Below are positions 38,749-48,355 of a stretch of 64,000 nt of DNA, piece after piece. The stretch comes from a virus (taxonomy: Duplodnaviria > Caudoviricetes): positions 4,847 through 68,846 of IMG/VR virus record IMGVR_UViG_3300029288_000010. One strand, written 5' to 3'. Every line of letters starts with the position of its first letter. Within the stretch, counting starts at the first letter, position 1. The position numbers were made by a program, and so were the translations under genes. The notes under the pieces were generated by a model. The model was not told the origin of the DNA. It did not search any database and saw only the letters and a list, made by a program, of their open reading frames with translations.

Positions 38749-39693
38749 ATGGTCGCAAAAGTTAAATTAACAGTTGGGAATGAACGAGATTGCCAGGCAA
38801 TAAATATTCACAAGGCTTTTCCAATAAATTTAGAGCTTGACGATTCTGGCAGCGGGACTGCGCAGGGAGGTTCTGGCTTTAGTTTCATAGTAGGATATTC
38901 ATGTACTGGAGTGGCTTCTGATGATGCTGACATTATCATGACCACACATGGAACTGCTACAAATGGAACAGTAACTGGAATCCAAATACCAACAGACATT
39001 GGAAAATTGGACGTAGGTATAGTAGTAGATCAGAGAAGCAACTTAACTGGCTTACTTGATGACATTGTTTACACATTGACACCATCTGATGATGGAACCG
39101 CCGGAACTGCTGCAACAGTAGCAATGAGTGCATGTGACAGCTTTGACTATAGTTATAGCTACAACAAGAATGATTTGTTCTATGGTCCAGGTGTACTCTA
39201 TGTAGATGGTAGAGTTATTGGATTGCTTGAAGAGGACATAGCATTCTCACATCTGGAAGATGTCACTGACATTATGTCTGGAAGCTTAAAGGGAAAACTT
39301 GAGTCCATCATCAATAAGGAAGGATGGAGCGTAAAGTGCTCTATAAAGCAGCAGACTCTTGATAGGCTAAAATGGATATGGAACCTCAAAAATGCTCCAA
39401 CCTCTAATGGAACTATCAATATTTTAGGTAGTGCCTATGCCGGAGAGTCTATAGATTTAGAATCTTCGTCTGGACTTCTTGATGAGCACCATGTAATGCT
39501 TAAAATACCTATCAATAAAGCCGATAATGCATTAGTGGTAGAACTGTATTCTGCTACATGCAAAGGTGCCGGAGATTGGGCTATAGGTAAAGACAAAAAT
39601 GTGGCTACTACTGTTACATTTGATGCCAATGTTATAGCAGACCCAGATAATCAAATATTTGGTAAGCTATATGTTATAGACATAGGAGCCTAA
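38749..39693 (+). CDS. Major tail tube protein with N-terminal extension
   Basis: YGPG.LY.DG..IG, K.SIKQ.TL..L, V..Y.A, TVTF.A..D tube signature; strong AAAGGAGG SD. Confidence 0.75.
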   Translation: MVAKVKLTVGNERDCQAINIHKAFPINLELDDSGSGTAQGGSGFSFIVGYSCTGVASDDADIIMTTHGTATNGTVTGIQIPTDIGKLDVGIVVDQRSNLTGLLDDIVYTLTPSDDGTAGTAATVAMSACDSFDYSYSYNKNDLFYGPGVLYVDGRVIGLLEEDIAFSHLEDVTDIMSGSLKGKLESIINKEGWSVKCSIKQQTLDRLKWIWNLKNAPTSNGTINILGSAYAGESIDLESSSGLLDEHHVMLKIPINKADNALVVELYSATCKGAGDWAIGKDKNVATTVTFDANVIADPDNQIFGKLYVIDIGA

Positions 39694-39714
39694 CTTTAAG
39701 CAAGGAAACGAACT

Positions 39715-40041
39715 ATGACAATTAGAGTTGTTAAAACAGCTACAGCAACAACTAGAAGAGAATTGCTGGCGCTATTCTTTGCATCTAAAAACAATGTTGC
39801 TATAGATGCAAAGATAGTGCCAGAGATAATATCCAACAGCAATGACGGTACTAGGCTTAAAGAATGGATAGAATACACCTGTATATTTCCAAGTATAGAA
39901 GCCTTAAGGGATGCTAAAAAAGAATTCTATAACACCCCGTTGCCAGATATGGAAAAGAAACTTTCAAAGATAATATCTTTAAGGAAAGAAACATTTAAAA
40001 AATACAAGGAGAAAAAACAATGCCAGACGAAAAGGCAATAG
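39715..40041 (+). CDS. Hypothetical tail-module protein
   Basis: AAGGA SD, 108 aa. Confidence 0.55.
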   Translation: MTIRVVKTATATTRRELLALFFASKNNVAIDAKIVPEIISNSNDGTRLKEWIEYTCIFPSIEALRDAKKEFYNTPLPDMEKKLSKIISLRKETFKKYKEKKQCQTKRQ

Positions 40042-40445
40042 ATGAATTTGATGTTATTGCAAATGTTCCTACTATCATACAAATAGCAGGAGAAGATATA
40101 CACCTTGAAGCTCAGAAAACAAAAGTATTTAGAGACTTCAAAAGAGATATTACTAATCTCCAAACTGATACTAAAATGGGGCCAGGGGATAAGGAAGCAT
40201 TTGTAGTTGACTCATTGATTAAGATTATATGTAAGTCAATAAGTAAAAGCTTTGACTGGTTTGACAATCTGCCACTAGATGATGCTGAAAAGCTAATAAA
40301 TGCCTTCAAGAAAGTGAACAACATGGCAAAATATTTCCCTTTATTGAGGAACTTGGGGCCTGCGGGATTCATAATAGATGTGACAAAGATCAGTCCTCAA
40401 GTCGCACAGGCAATAGAAAAACAAATGAAGGAAATGGAGAGTTAA
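40020..40445 (+). CDS. Tail assembly chaperone (gpG-like)
   Basis: Between tube and tape measure; FD.I......I.I.GE.I; contains slippery heptamers. Confidence 0.65.
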   Translation: MPDEKAIDEFDVIANVPTIIQIAGEDIHLEAQKTKVFRDFKRDITNLQTDTKMGPGDKEAFVVDSLIKIICKSISKSFDWFDNLPLDDAEKLINAFKKVNNMAKYFPLLRNLGPAGFIIDVTKISPQVAQAIEKQMKEMES

Positions 40446-40741
40446 CATCTCTAACAGATATTGTCATAAAATTAAAGCAGTATAATTACGACTTCAATGA
40501 ATTGACTTTTAAACAAGTTGATTTATACTATAACTGGATTATAACTCATGAACTTAAGAATGAGACAAGAAGAGATGATAAATTGCTAAACTTAATGCTA
40601 CTTGCAAAAAGTGTTGAATCTAAGGATGGAGCTGACATTATCAACAAACACTACAAGAACAGTTCTTATATTATGCACTCACTAAAGATTGCTAAAAAGA
40701 AAATATTAGGAATATTTGATGGGAAAAAGGTAGATAAATAA
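40334..40741 (+). CDS. -1 frameshift extension of tail assembly chaperone (gpGT-like)
   Basis: -1 frame is open from 40289 to 40741; TTTCCCT (40334-40) and CCCTTTA (40337-43) fit X XXY YYZ in the gpG frame. Confidence 0.55.
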   Translation, partial: FPFIEELGACGIHNRCDKDQSSSRTGNRKTNEGNGELTSLTDIVIKLKQYNYDFNELTFKQVDLYYNWIITHELKNETRRDDKLLNLMLLAKSVESKDGADIINKHYKNSSYIMHSLKIAKKKILGIFDGKKVDK

Positions 40742-43482
40742 TGGCATTATTTGCTGATGCACTTATAAGAATACAGACAGATGCTACACAGGCCAAGGCT
40801 GGGATTAAGGATGTAGATAATGAATTAGATGCATTAGATGCTTCTGTTCAATCTTTTGGAACCACAATGGCTGGAGTGTCTGCTGGTCTATTAGGCATAT
40901 CAGCAACTCTATCTGGTATATATGCATATTCTGTAATGCAATTTCAAGCCTATGAAAAAGAACTAGTCAACATTCAGGCTATTGCAGGACTAACCAATGA
41001 AGAAACTAGCAAGCTATGGGAATTGGGAATTAAATCTGGGCAAGACTACATGCAGAGTGCTGATGAAGTTGCATTTGGAATGGAAAAGTTGGCAAGAGGT
41101 GGATATGATGTTGCTCAAATAATGGAGTCCATTGGTCCAATTATGAACATGGCAACTGCTGCAAATGAATCATTTGATGAATCTGCACAGTTAGTAGTTA
41201 GAACATTGGCTGCTTATGAAATGGAAACTGAAAAAGCTCAATATGTTTCTGACTTATATGCTAAAGCAATGAATATATCTCAAACTGAATTAGTAAACTA
41301 CACCACTGCAATGAAATATATTGGTCCAGTAGCACATAGTGTTGGATGGTCATTAAAAGACATGGTTGCTATATTATCATTCTTGTATGATAGAGGCATA
41401 GATGCTTCTACGGCAGCCACTGGGCTAAGAACAATCATATTGAGACTACAATCTCCAACTAGGGAAACAAGAAAGGCAATAGAAGAGCTTGGGATATCAC
41501 TTAGAGACATAAATCCAAACCTTAATACTCCAGTTCAAATAATAGAGAAGTTTCAGAAAGCTAGTGAAGAGCTATCTGGAGAAAAATATAAAGATTTAAT
41601 TGGAAGAATCTTTGGTAAATATGCCTTTGCCTCTGCTATTGCAATGATAGATGATACTGAAGGTGCATTAAAGACATATCAAGACAGACTAGAAAATGTA
41701 ACTGGATATAGTAATAAAGTAGCATCAGTAGAGTTGGGAACTATGGCTGCAAAATTTAAAAAGCTATTTGATATTATAAACACTGGAGCTATAGTTTCAA
41801 TAGTACCATTTGCAAATGCTATAAAGAGTGTATTAGACTCTCTTATTGGATTATCTAAGCTTATAGCTAACATGGACAAGGATACAGTTAGATCTATAGG
41901 CAACTGGACAACAGCAGCTATAATATTTACTGGAGTTGCTGGAGCAATAACAGCACTTGCAGCAGCAGTAACATTAGCACTCCCAGCATTGGAAACATTT
42001 GCTGCTGTATTAACTACATTTGGAGTAATGTTTGCAGCAGGTTCAGCATGGATATTGACCATAGGACTCGGGATAGAGTTATTATATAAATTAGAGCAAG
42101 CAGCATCTGGAGCATTGGATGCAATAAGAGGAGAACAGGAAGCTGCACTAGAGCTCCAAAGAGCGCAAGACTTACTTCTAAGTGGAGAATTAACTAAGGC
42201 AGAAAAAACTCACAAGTTAAATGAAGAGCTTACTAAATTAACAAGAACTCAATTAGAGCTAATAGCCAATGAACTATACATACAAATGCTTCAATATAAT
42301 CTGTTTACATCTTTTTATGAGCTTGGAATGAAGATGGGAAAAGCAGATGACATAAAAAAATACAATGAAGCATTGAGAATGTATAATATTTATGCATCTG
42401 AATATCTTAATATTTTAGGCTTAATATCAAAAATACCCCCAGTGCAAATGCCAGGGTCTGGAGTTGGAGGAGAGCCTCCTGATAATACTAAATTAGAAGA
42501 GCAATTAAGAAAAGAAAATGAAATAAGAGAAAGATCTTATGAATCATATGTTAACTTTATGATTGACAAGCAAAATACTCTTATGGATTTCATGCTAGAA
42601 ACAAATCAAATTACAACTCAAGACTATATACAAGGGCTAAATGAACAGTTGCGATATTACTCTGTTGATTCTATAGAATTTATACAAATAGCAATAAAGA
42701 TATATAATGCAAAAAAGGCAATGTATGATAAAACAGTAGAAGATGCAGATAGAGCATTTAAAAGAGAAATAGATGCCAATAAAAAAGCCATGAAGCAAAT
42801 GGAAAAAGATAGGAAGGAGTGGGAAAAGAAACTCAACACTCAAATAGGCTCCATTTCGGATGGGTTTAATGATTTTTTCAAGGGCTTAAAAAAGAACGAG
42901 ACTTATGCTAATAAAGCTTGGGGTTCACTATTCAATAGCATGGTTGATATCACGGAAAATGCCACTAGTGCTTTTGCAAATAGCTTTTCTAGTTCAGTTG
43001 CACAAATAATAGTTGAAGGTGGAAATCTCGAAAGATTCTGGATATCACTATTGGAAACAATGATAGCAGAAGTGATAAAATTGTTAATGACAATGGCATT
43101 GCTAAAATTAGGAATGGCATTATTCACAGGCGGCTCATCATCACTAGTTGGGTTTGGAACTGATTTAGGAGGAGGAACTGGCTGGGGGATGGATCCATCA
43201 ACATTTCTTGATGAAGGTGGATGGTTCACTAAGTCAGGAAATAAAATGCCATTGACTCAATTCAAAGGTCACTACAATGTTAATGTGTTGCCAGGTGAGA
43301 TAATGATACCTCCACAAAAGGTTCCAGAATTTGTATCCTCAATTAGAGGAAGTGGAGTATCTGTTGGTCAAATATCTTTTAATATACAAGCATCAAATTA
43401 TGATCATTTTATTAAACAGTTCAAAAACCATACTGGTGAAATAGTAGAAATAATACAATCAAGGATGTACTTAAATGGCTAA
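40741..43482 (+). CDS. Tape measure protein (TP901-like domain)
   Basis: A.EVA.GM..LA.GG, MN.A.A, L.DRGIDASTAATGLRTI..RL. Confidence 0.92.
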   Translation: MALFADALIRIQTDATQAKAGIKDVDNELDALDASVQSFGTTMAGVSAGLLGISATLSGIYAYSVMQFQAYEKELVNIQAIAGLTNEETSKLWELGIKSGQDYMQSADEVAFGMEKLARGGYDVAQIMESIGPIMNMATAANESFDESAQLVVRTLAAYEMETEKAQYVSDLYAKAMNISQTELVNYTTAMKYIGPVAHSVGWSLKDMVAILSFLYDRGIDASTAATGLRTIILRLQSPTRETRKAIEELGISLRDINPNLNTPVQIIEKFQKASEELSGEKYKDLIGRIFGKYAFASAIAMIDDTEGALKTYQDRLENVTGYSNKVASVELGTMAAKFKKLFDIINTGAIVSIVPFANAIKSVLDSLIGLSKLIANMDKDTVRSIGNWTTAAIIFTGVAGAITALAAAVTLALPALETFAAVLTTFGVMFAAGSAWILTIGLGIELLYKLEQAASGALDAIRGEQEAALELQRAQDLLLSGELTKAEKTHKLNEELTKLTRTQLELIANELYIQMLQYNLFTSFYELGMKMGKADDIKKYNEALRMYNIYASEYLNILGLISKIPPVQMPGSGVGGEPPDNTKLEEQLRKENEIRERSYESYVNFMIDKQNTLMDFMLETNQITTQDYIQGLNEQLRYYSVDSIEFIQIAIKIYNAKKAMYDKTVEDADRAFKREIDANKKAMKQMEKDRKEWEKKLNTQIGSISDGFNDFFKGLKKNETYANKAWGSLFNSMVDITENATSAFANSFSSSVAQIIVEGGNLERFWISLLETMIAEVIKLLMTMALLKLGMALFTGGSSSLVGFGTDLGGGTGWGMDPSTFLDEGGWFTKSGNKMPLTQFKGHYNVNVLPGEIMIPPQKVPEFVSSIRGSGVSVGQISFNIQASNYDHFIKQFKNHTGEIVEIIQSRMYLNG

Positions 43483-43876
43483 AATGGGGAGAGGATGTTA
43501 TTCTATAAATGGGTATAGATTTAAGTATGACCCAATGAACCCAAAAGATGGTGGTAAATACATTCCAACATCACAGGTTCAAATAAAAACACTTTCTAGC
43601 AATATATTCCAAACTTGGGAATCATCTTCTGGGGATGAGTTGCAAATATTTGAATGGGACAAAATGGATTCTGAAATGTATGCAGAACTTAGGGCATTTG
43701 CGGATTCCTTACTTACGGACAGCACAACTACTCATACTTTAACATATCACAAATTAAGTGATGAACAGTGGACTATATTGATACATGAATTTTCTGGATC
43801 ATATGCACAAGGGTATAATCACTATACAAATGTCACATTGAGTTTTTATTTAGTTTCTCAAATAATTGGTTCATAA
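43475..43876 (+). CDS. Distal tail (Dit)-like protein
   Basis: Directly after TMP; beta-rich 133 aa. Confidence 0.55.
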   Translation: MAKMGRGCYSINGYRFKYDPMNPKDGGKYIPTSQVQIKTLSSNIFQTWESSSGDELQIFEWDKMDSEMYAELRAFADSLLTDSTTTHTLTYHKLSDEQWTILIHEFSGSYAQGYNHYTNVTLSFYLVSQIIGS

Positions 43877-43884
43877 GGCAATAA

Positions 43885-45921
43885 ATGGCTAGAGATTTAG
43901 CATTAAATAACCCAAGCTTAAAGATACTACAAGACTCTGTTATACAGAACCCAAAATATCAAGTTCTGGTAAAGCCATCCCATGATTCAGGTGATGAAGA
44001 ATATGTTGACATCACTGAATATATAACAGTAGGCTCCATTGAAAGAAATATTGAAGGAGAGCCATGCACTGCAAGCATAACAGTCTCTTCTAAAAGAGGA
44101 GAATTTGATATATGCAATCTAAATAGCCTATTGAGAAATACATTTAAAGATAAGGCTATGGTTAAAATATCCCTAGGGATGGGAGACATTACTAATCCAG
44201 ATAATCTATTGTCAATGTTTACTGGGTATGTAGCTAGTGGCTATGACCAAGAATATATCAGAAGAGAAGAGGAAACTGTTACTATCCCACTCCAAGACAG
44301 AAGTTGCTTTCTGGATTCACCAATCACTACAGACCAATATCTGAATACTGACTTAGAAACTGTATTAGATGATGTATTAAAAACATATGGTGGGTTAAGT
44401 GCTGATGAGATAGGAGACATAAGTACACTTGCCTCATATACTGTTCCAATGTGCCAATTTACAGATGAGACAATTTGGGACATAGTAAATATGATTTGTC
44501 AAGTAGCTATAGTATTGCCATACTTTGATGAAGATGGAGTTTTGAGAGTAACCAGAATACCAATGACAATAACTGGGACGGATACTGAATATTATGTATG
44601 GGACCAATTAAAATTTCAAGATGATGAAACAGCAGGAACTCCAACTCTATCAATATCTCATTCATGGAATAATGATTCACTAAGATCTAAAATAACAACT
44701 ATAGGTGGAATTAAATCAAATGAATGGACTGGTGGGCAAGTTCCAGTAATAGATGTTGATCCAAACTTTGTCGGGTATGCATTAGGGCTTAAGCCTGATT
44801 TTGAAGCCACAACTACTTTATGGTATGGATCATTAGGCAACCCATGTTATGATTGCCTTTCAAGAGACCCAAGTGCTACTGGGGATGATAGATATTTTGG
44901 AGCAGGGTTTCAAGGCACAATAGTTCCAATTTACTTTTTAAATGAAGGTGAAACTATAGAAGATGACTATTTAATAGTTAGCCAACTAAGAAAAGACCCA
45001 GACAACTGGGCATTGGTAGTTCAAGGCCCATTCCCATGGACAAGATATACTCATGACTGCCAAGGAGATGGACCAGGAATAAGGCAATGGGGATGCAGAC
45101 CAGCAGAACCATATCAGACTGTTCAAACTGGAATAGGAGACGGAGGAGACCTTGGCACTTCTGGATATTTTAGTATATACAATACAGATGGGGGGACTAC
45201 CGTTCAAATAGACGTATCCACCTTGAGCAATGAAATGACTTGGTGCGAATATCCTGTTCAAAGATTCTTTGAAAATGGGTGGGGAGACCGGTGTGTAGAT
45301 TTAGGAATAGTTCCAAGTAAAGATGAATGGGATAGCTTTATGGGGATAATGACCGGCAATGGGCAGCCAGGGTCAGGAGTTCCATACCCATTTGATCCGG
45401 AAGATTACGATGGTCCAACATCTACTGAATTTTATGTATATGCATTAACATTCCTAGCTATACATAGTGGTCGTGATTTTAATTGGGCATACGGAGATTA
45501 TGATTATAGAAATAAAATATTTAGATGGGGAGGTCTCTATTTAGCTGGAGAATTTTACCCAGAGACAAGTTATACTGGGTCTGCTGTAGATGCAGAGCTG
45601 GATGCTTATTATGGAGAATCTAGGTATGAAGAAGTTGAAAACCCATTGCTTTGGGACGACAATGACTGCAATGATTTAGCAACTTCAATAATAGATAGTG
45701 CTAAAATATTCTATCTCCAAACAAAAGTCACTAGACCATTAAATTTTGAAATAGAACCAGGAGACAATATTTTGTATTTAAATGTAGAAACTGGGTGTGA
45801 AGAAAAGGCTTGTATTACAAGAGTGGCATATAACTTTGGAAATAGAAGTGATGCATTTACAACTGAAGCCTATGGTGGGATATTAGATATTGACGGAACT
45901 GTAATAAAGACTTGGGTGTAA
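43885..45921 (+). CDS. Baseplate hub/Tal-like tail protein
   Basis: DIT.YI...SI.R, F.GY, I.LQDR, W.IV..IC...YFDEDG.L, IENP, EPGD.I..V.Y. Confidence 0.75.
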   Translation: MARDLALNNPSLKILQDSVIQNPKYQVLVKPSHDSGDEEYVDITEYITVGSIERNIEGEPCTASITVSSKRGEFDICNLNSLLRNTFKDKAMVKISLGMGDITNPDNLLSMFTGYVASGYDQEYIRREEETVTIPLQDRSCFLDSPITTDQYLNTDLETVLDDVLKTYGGLSADEIGDISTLASYTVPMCQFTDETIWDIVNMICQVAIVLPYFDEDGVLRVTRIPMTITGTDTEYYVWDQLKFQDDETAGTPTLSISHSWNNDSLRSKITTIGGIKSNEWTGGQVPVIDVDPNFVGYALGLKPDFEATTTLWYGSLGNPCYDCLSRDPSATGDDRYFGAGFQGTIVPIYFLNEGETIEDDYLIVSQLRKDPDNWALVVQGPFPWTRYTHDCQGDGPGIRQWGCRPAEPYQTVQTGIGDGGDLGTSGYFSIYNTDGGTTVQIDVSTLSNEMTWCEYPVQRFFENGWGDRCVDLGIVPSKDEWDSFMGIMTGNGQPGSGVPYPFDPEDYDGPTSTEFYVYALTFLAIHSGRDFNWAYGDYDYRNKIFRWGGLYLAGEFYPETSYTGSAVDAELDAYYGESRYEEVENPLLWDDNDCNDLATSIIDSAKIFYLQTKVTRPLNFEIEPGDNILYLNVETGCEEKACITRVAYNFGNRSDAFTTEAYGGILDIDGTVIKTWV

Positions 45922-45925
45922 AATT

Positions 45926-46600
45926 ATGAGAAAAGATTTTAAGACATGCCTTGGCAATATTACAACAAAGCCAGAAAGAAAATTTCAAAGGACACTGTCT
46001 GCTTCATATACTAAAGATAAGCAAGATACGGTCAGGGGAACCATAGTTGCTTCAGTAGGAACTAAATTATATGATGTTAAATTATTTAAAACAGATAAGA
46101 TACTAAAAAATATACCAACCACTGAATCATCTAGTAATACTTATGTGGTAGGGACTGAAGTGGTTCTTGGATACAACAAGGGCAATAGAGGCAAAATAAA
46201 TATAATAGGTGTTTATCCACATCAAATTTCAAGTGGAAGTGATAATAATTTTAATACAAACAATACAAGGCAAAAAGCATCTGATGCTTTTGAGGCAACA
46301 CAGAAAACTAACTTTGTTGTATATTCAGAAGGTGATAGTGATTATTTAGCACCATCCTCAAAGGTTCATTCAGATTTAACTGGAACAGAGCTCCATGACC
46401 CAAAAGCTCATACTCATTCTGGAGATTCAATAACTCCATCAAATATAACATCTCTAAATTCAGAAAGGTTCAATACCATATCTAGAGACAGGTCTGCTTA
46501 TGAGAATGAAAACACCATCATACTATATGACACTGGATCATATAAAGCATTATGTGCATACGTAAATAGTTCATGGCAGGAAATAAAAAGATTTGCATAA
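45926..46600 (+). CDS. Tail tip protein (OB-fold N-terminus)
   Basis: RGTIVA...YDVKL...VGTEVVLGY..G. Confidence 0.5.
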   Translation: MRKDFKTCLGNITTKPERKFQRTLSASYTKDKQDTVRGTIVASVGTKLYDVKLFKTDKILKNIPTTESSSNTYVVGTEVVLGYNKGNRGKINIIGVYPHQISSGSDNNFNTNNTRQKASDAFEATQKTNFVVYSEGDSDYLAPSSKVHSDLTGTELHDPKAHTHSGDSITPSNITSLNSERFNTISRDRSAYENENTIILYDTGSYKALCAYVNSSWQEIKRFA

Positions 46601-46603
46601 AGC

Positions 46604-46633
46604 TTGCTTTTTAAAAAAAATGATATATATTAT
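46604..46633 (+). promoter_or_regulatory. sigma70-type promoter for the replication module
   Basis: TTGCTT(46604-09) then TATATT(46626-31) or TATTAT(46628-33). Confidence 0.5.
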
Positions 46634-46638
46634 TATAT

Positions 46639-46797
46639 ATGAGTAATATGAAAGTTATTATAAAAGATAAAACAAAGCATTTATATGACAGGGCGACAGC
46701 TACCAAGAGACCGGAGTGGATGGGAAATAATAATATTACTTACACCTCAAAACAACCTCACCATCCACTCCAAGGAATATTAAATCGTGGCAAGTAG
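46639..46797 (+). CDS. Leaderless 52-aa upstream ORF (uncertain)
   Basis: ATG 7 nt after the -10; stop TAG lies in the 5' arm of the second stem. Confidence 0.35.
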   Translation: MSNMKVIIKDKTKHLYDRATATKRPEWMGNNNITYTSKQPHHPLQGILNRGK

Positions 46798-46869
46798 GGC
46801 ATGTGTATTGCATATATGTATATGAAAGAATGAGAAGAAATTGTAAAAATAACATAATCTACTTGCCAC
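46713..46869. other. Two adjacent long stem-loops (structured RNA or DNA cruciform)
   Basis: GGAGTGGATGG(46713-23)/CCATCCACTCC(46761-71) and GTGGCAAGTAG(46787-97)/CTACTTGCCAC(46859-69), both perfect 11-bp inverted repeats. Confidence 0.8.
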
Positions 46870-46894
46870 AGCTTATATAGCACAAGGATTTAAG

Positions 46895-48343
46895 ATGAAC
46901 AGAAACGAAAAGATGATAATTGAAGTAAATAATAATTATGTATCAATATCAATGGTCCAAAATTACAATAATATTATTTCCGAAATCATGAAAACGCTCA
47001 CTGTTAAATCTCCAGGATATTTCTTTTCTCCAGCATACAAGTCTGGTAAATGGGATGGAAATAAAAGATTTTATTGGACCAACAGTGGATACTTTAATTG
47101 CTCTATTGGATTACTTCATGTGATAGAAGGATTGCTAAAAAAACTATCTGTTAAATATGAAGTTTTAAAAAGGTATGCCCCAAGAGAAGTTGACTATAAT
47201 AATCTAGAATTAAACATAGAATTAAAACCAGAGCAAATAGAGACTCTATATGCTATGAATCGGATGGGGAGAGGAATACTTCAAGCCCCAACTGGATCGG
47301 GAAAAACAGAGTGTGCAATAGCATTTGCAAAGGAATATTTAGAGAATAATACTGGGATAGTACTGTTCTTAACACATAGACAAAGCATATTTGATCAGGT
47401 TTGGTGTAAAAGAATAGAGGAAAGGCTTGGATTGCCTCAAATGCAAACCAATTATAAAAACATTAAAGCCTATCCATTTTTAGAAGGCAAGCCTGAAGAT
47501 AATAAAACATACATGGGCAACAAGGTTATATATATAGCAATGTCTCAAACATTTACAAGACACATAAAAGAATTAAAGTGGTTAAAGCATGTAAAGGTAG
47601 TATTTTGTGATGAAGTTCATGCCACTGAAACATATAAAAGAAAGACAATATCATCTAATCAAGTTAATATATTTAGATACCTACCAAATTCCTTCCACAC
47701 ATGGGGAATGTCCGCAACACCATTTAAAAAAGAAGGAAGTAAAATAGACCTTCACAACTATTATGGAACAGTACAGCACTTTGGTGATGTATTAGAAATT
47801 AAATCTAGTAATGGCATTAAAACTAAAGTAAATGTCATTACTGTTCCATATAGTCATATCCCAGAAAATTATAGTAATGCAGTTAAAAACTCTATTGCTA
47901 ACATAGATAAAATACAGGAAATAAAAAAGATACTCCAGGAAATGCCTGACAATAAAGTGTTGATATTTACTAAATATATAGATCATGGCAATCTAATGTC
48001 AAGTATATTAGGAATACCTTTTATAAGTGGAGAAACTTCTTCAAAAGAAAGAATAGAAACCTGTAGGTTATTAGAAGATGGAAAGATAAATGCAATTATA
48101 GTATCTGGAATATTCTATTTTGGAGTAGATATTCCATGTATAGATACTATAATATTTGCTCACATAGAGAAGAGTTATATAAATATAATACAGAGTATTG
48201 GTCGTGGGAATAGACAATTCCAAGACAAGAAAGTATTAATAGTATTTGATTTTTACGACAATGACCATAGCTATTTAGAACACCACAGTAGGATAAGGCT
48301 AAAGCATTATAAGTCAATGAATTATGAAGTAAACATGTGTTGA
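46895..48343 (+). CDS. UvsW-like superfamily 2 helicase
   Basis: W.G..RF, APTGSGKT, DEVH, GMSATP, G.DIP, QSIGRG.R. Confidence 0.9.
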   Translation: MNRNEKMIIEVNNNYVSISMVQNYNNIISEIMKTLTVKSPGYFFSPAYKSGKWDGNKRFYWTNSGYFNCSIGLLHVIEGLLKKLSVKYEVLKRYAPREVDYNNLELNIELKPEQIETLYAMNRMGRGILQAPTGSGKTECAIAFAKEYLENNTGIVLFLTHRQSIFDQVWCKRIEERLGLPQMQTNYKNIKAYPFLEGKPEDNKTYMGNKVIYIAMSQTFTRHIKELKWLKHVKVVFCDEVHATETYKRKTISSNQVNIFRYLPNSFHTWGMSATPFKKEGSKIDLHNYYGTVQHFGDVLEIKSSNGIKTKVNVITVPYSHIPENYSNAVKNSIANIDKIQEIKKILQEMPDNKVLIFTKYIDHGNLMSSILGIPFISGETSSKERIETCRLLEDGKINAIIVSGIFYFGVDIPCIDTIIFAHIEKSYINIIQSIGRGNRQFQDKKVLIVFDFYDNDHSYLEHHSRIRLKHYKSMNYEVNMC

Positions 48344-48355
48344 TAGGTATGTAAT

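Noticed and set aside
43885-46600. Diversity-generating retroelement target in the tail tip genes
   Set aside because: No reverse transcriptase and no TR/VR repeat pair seen
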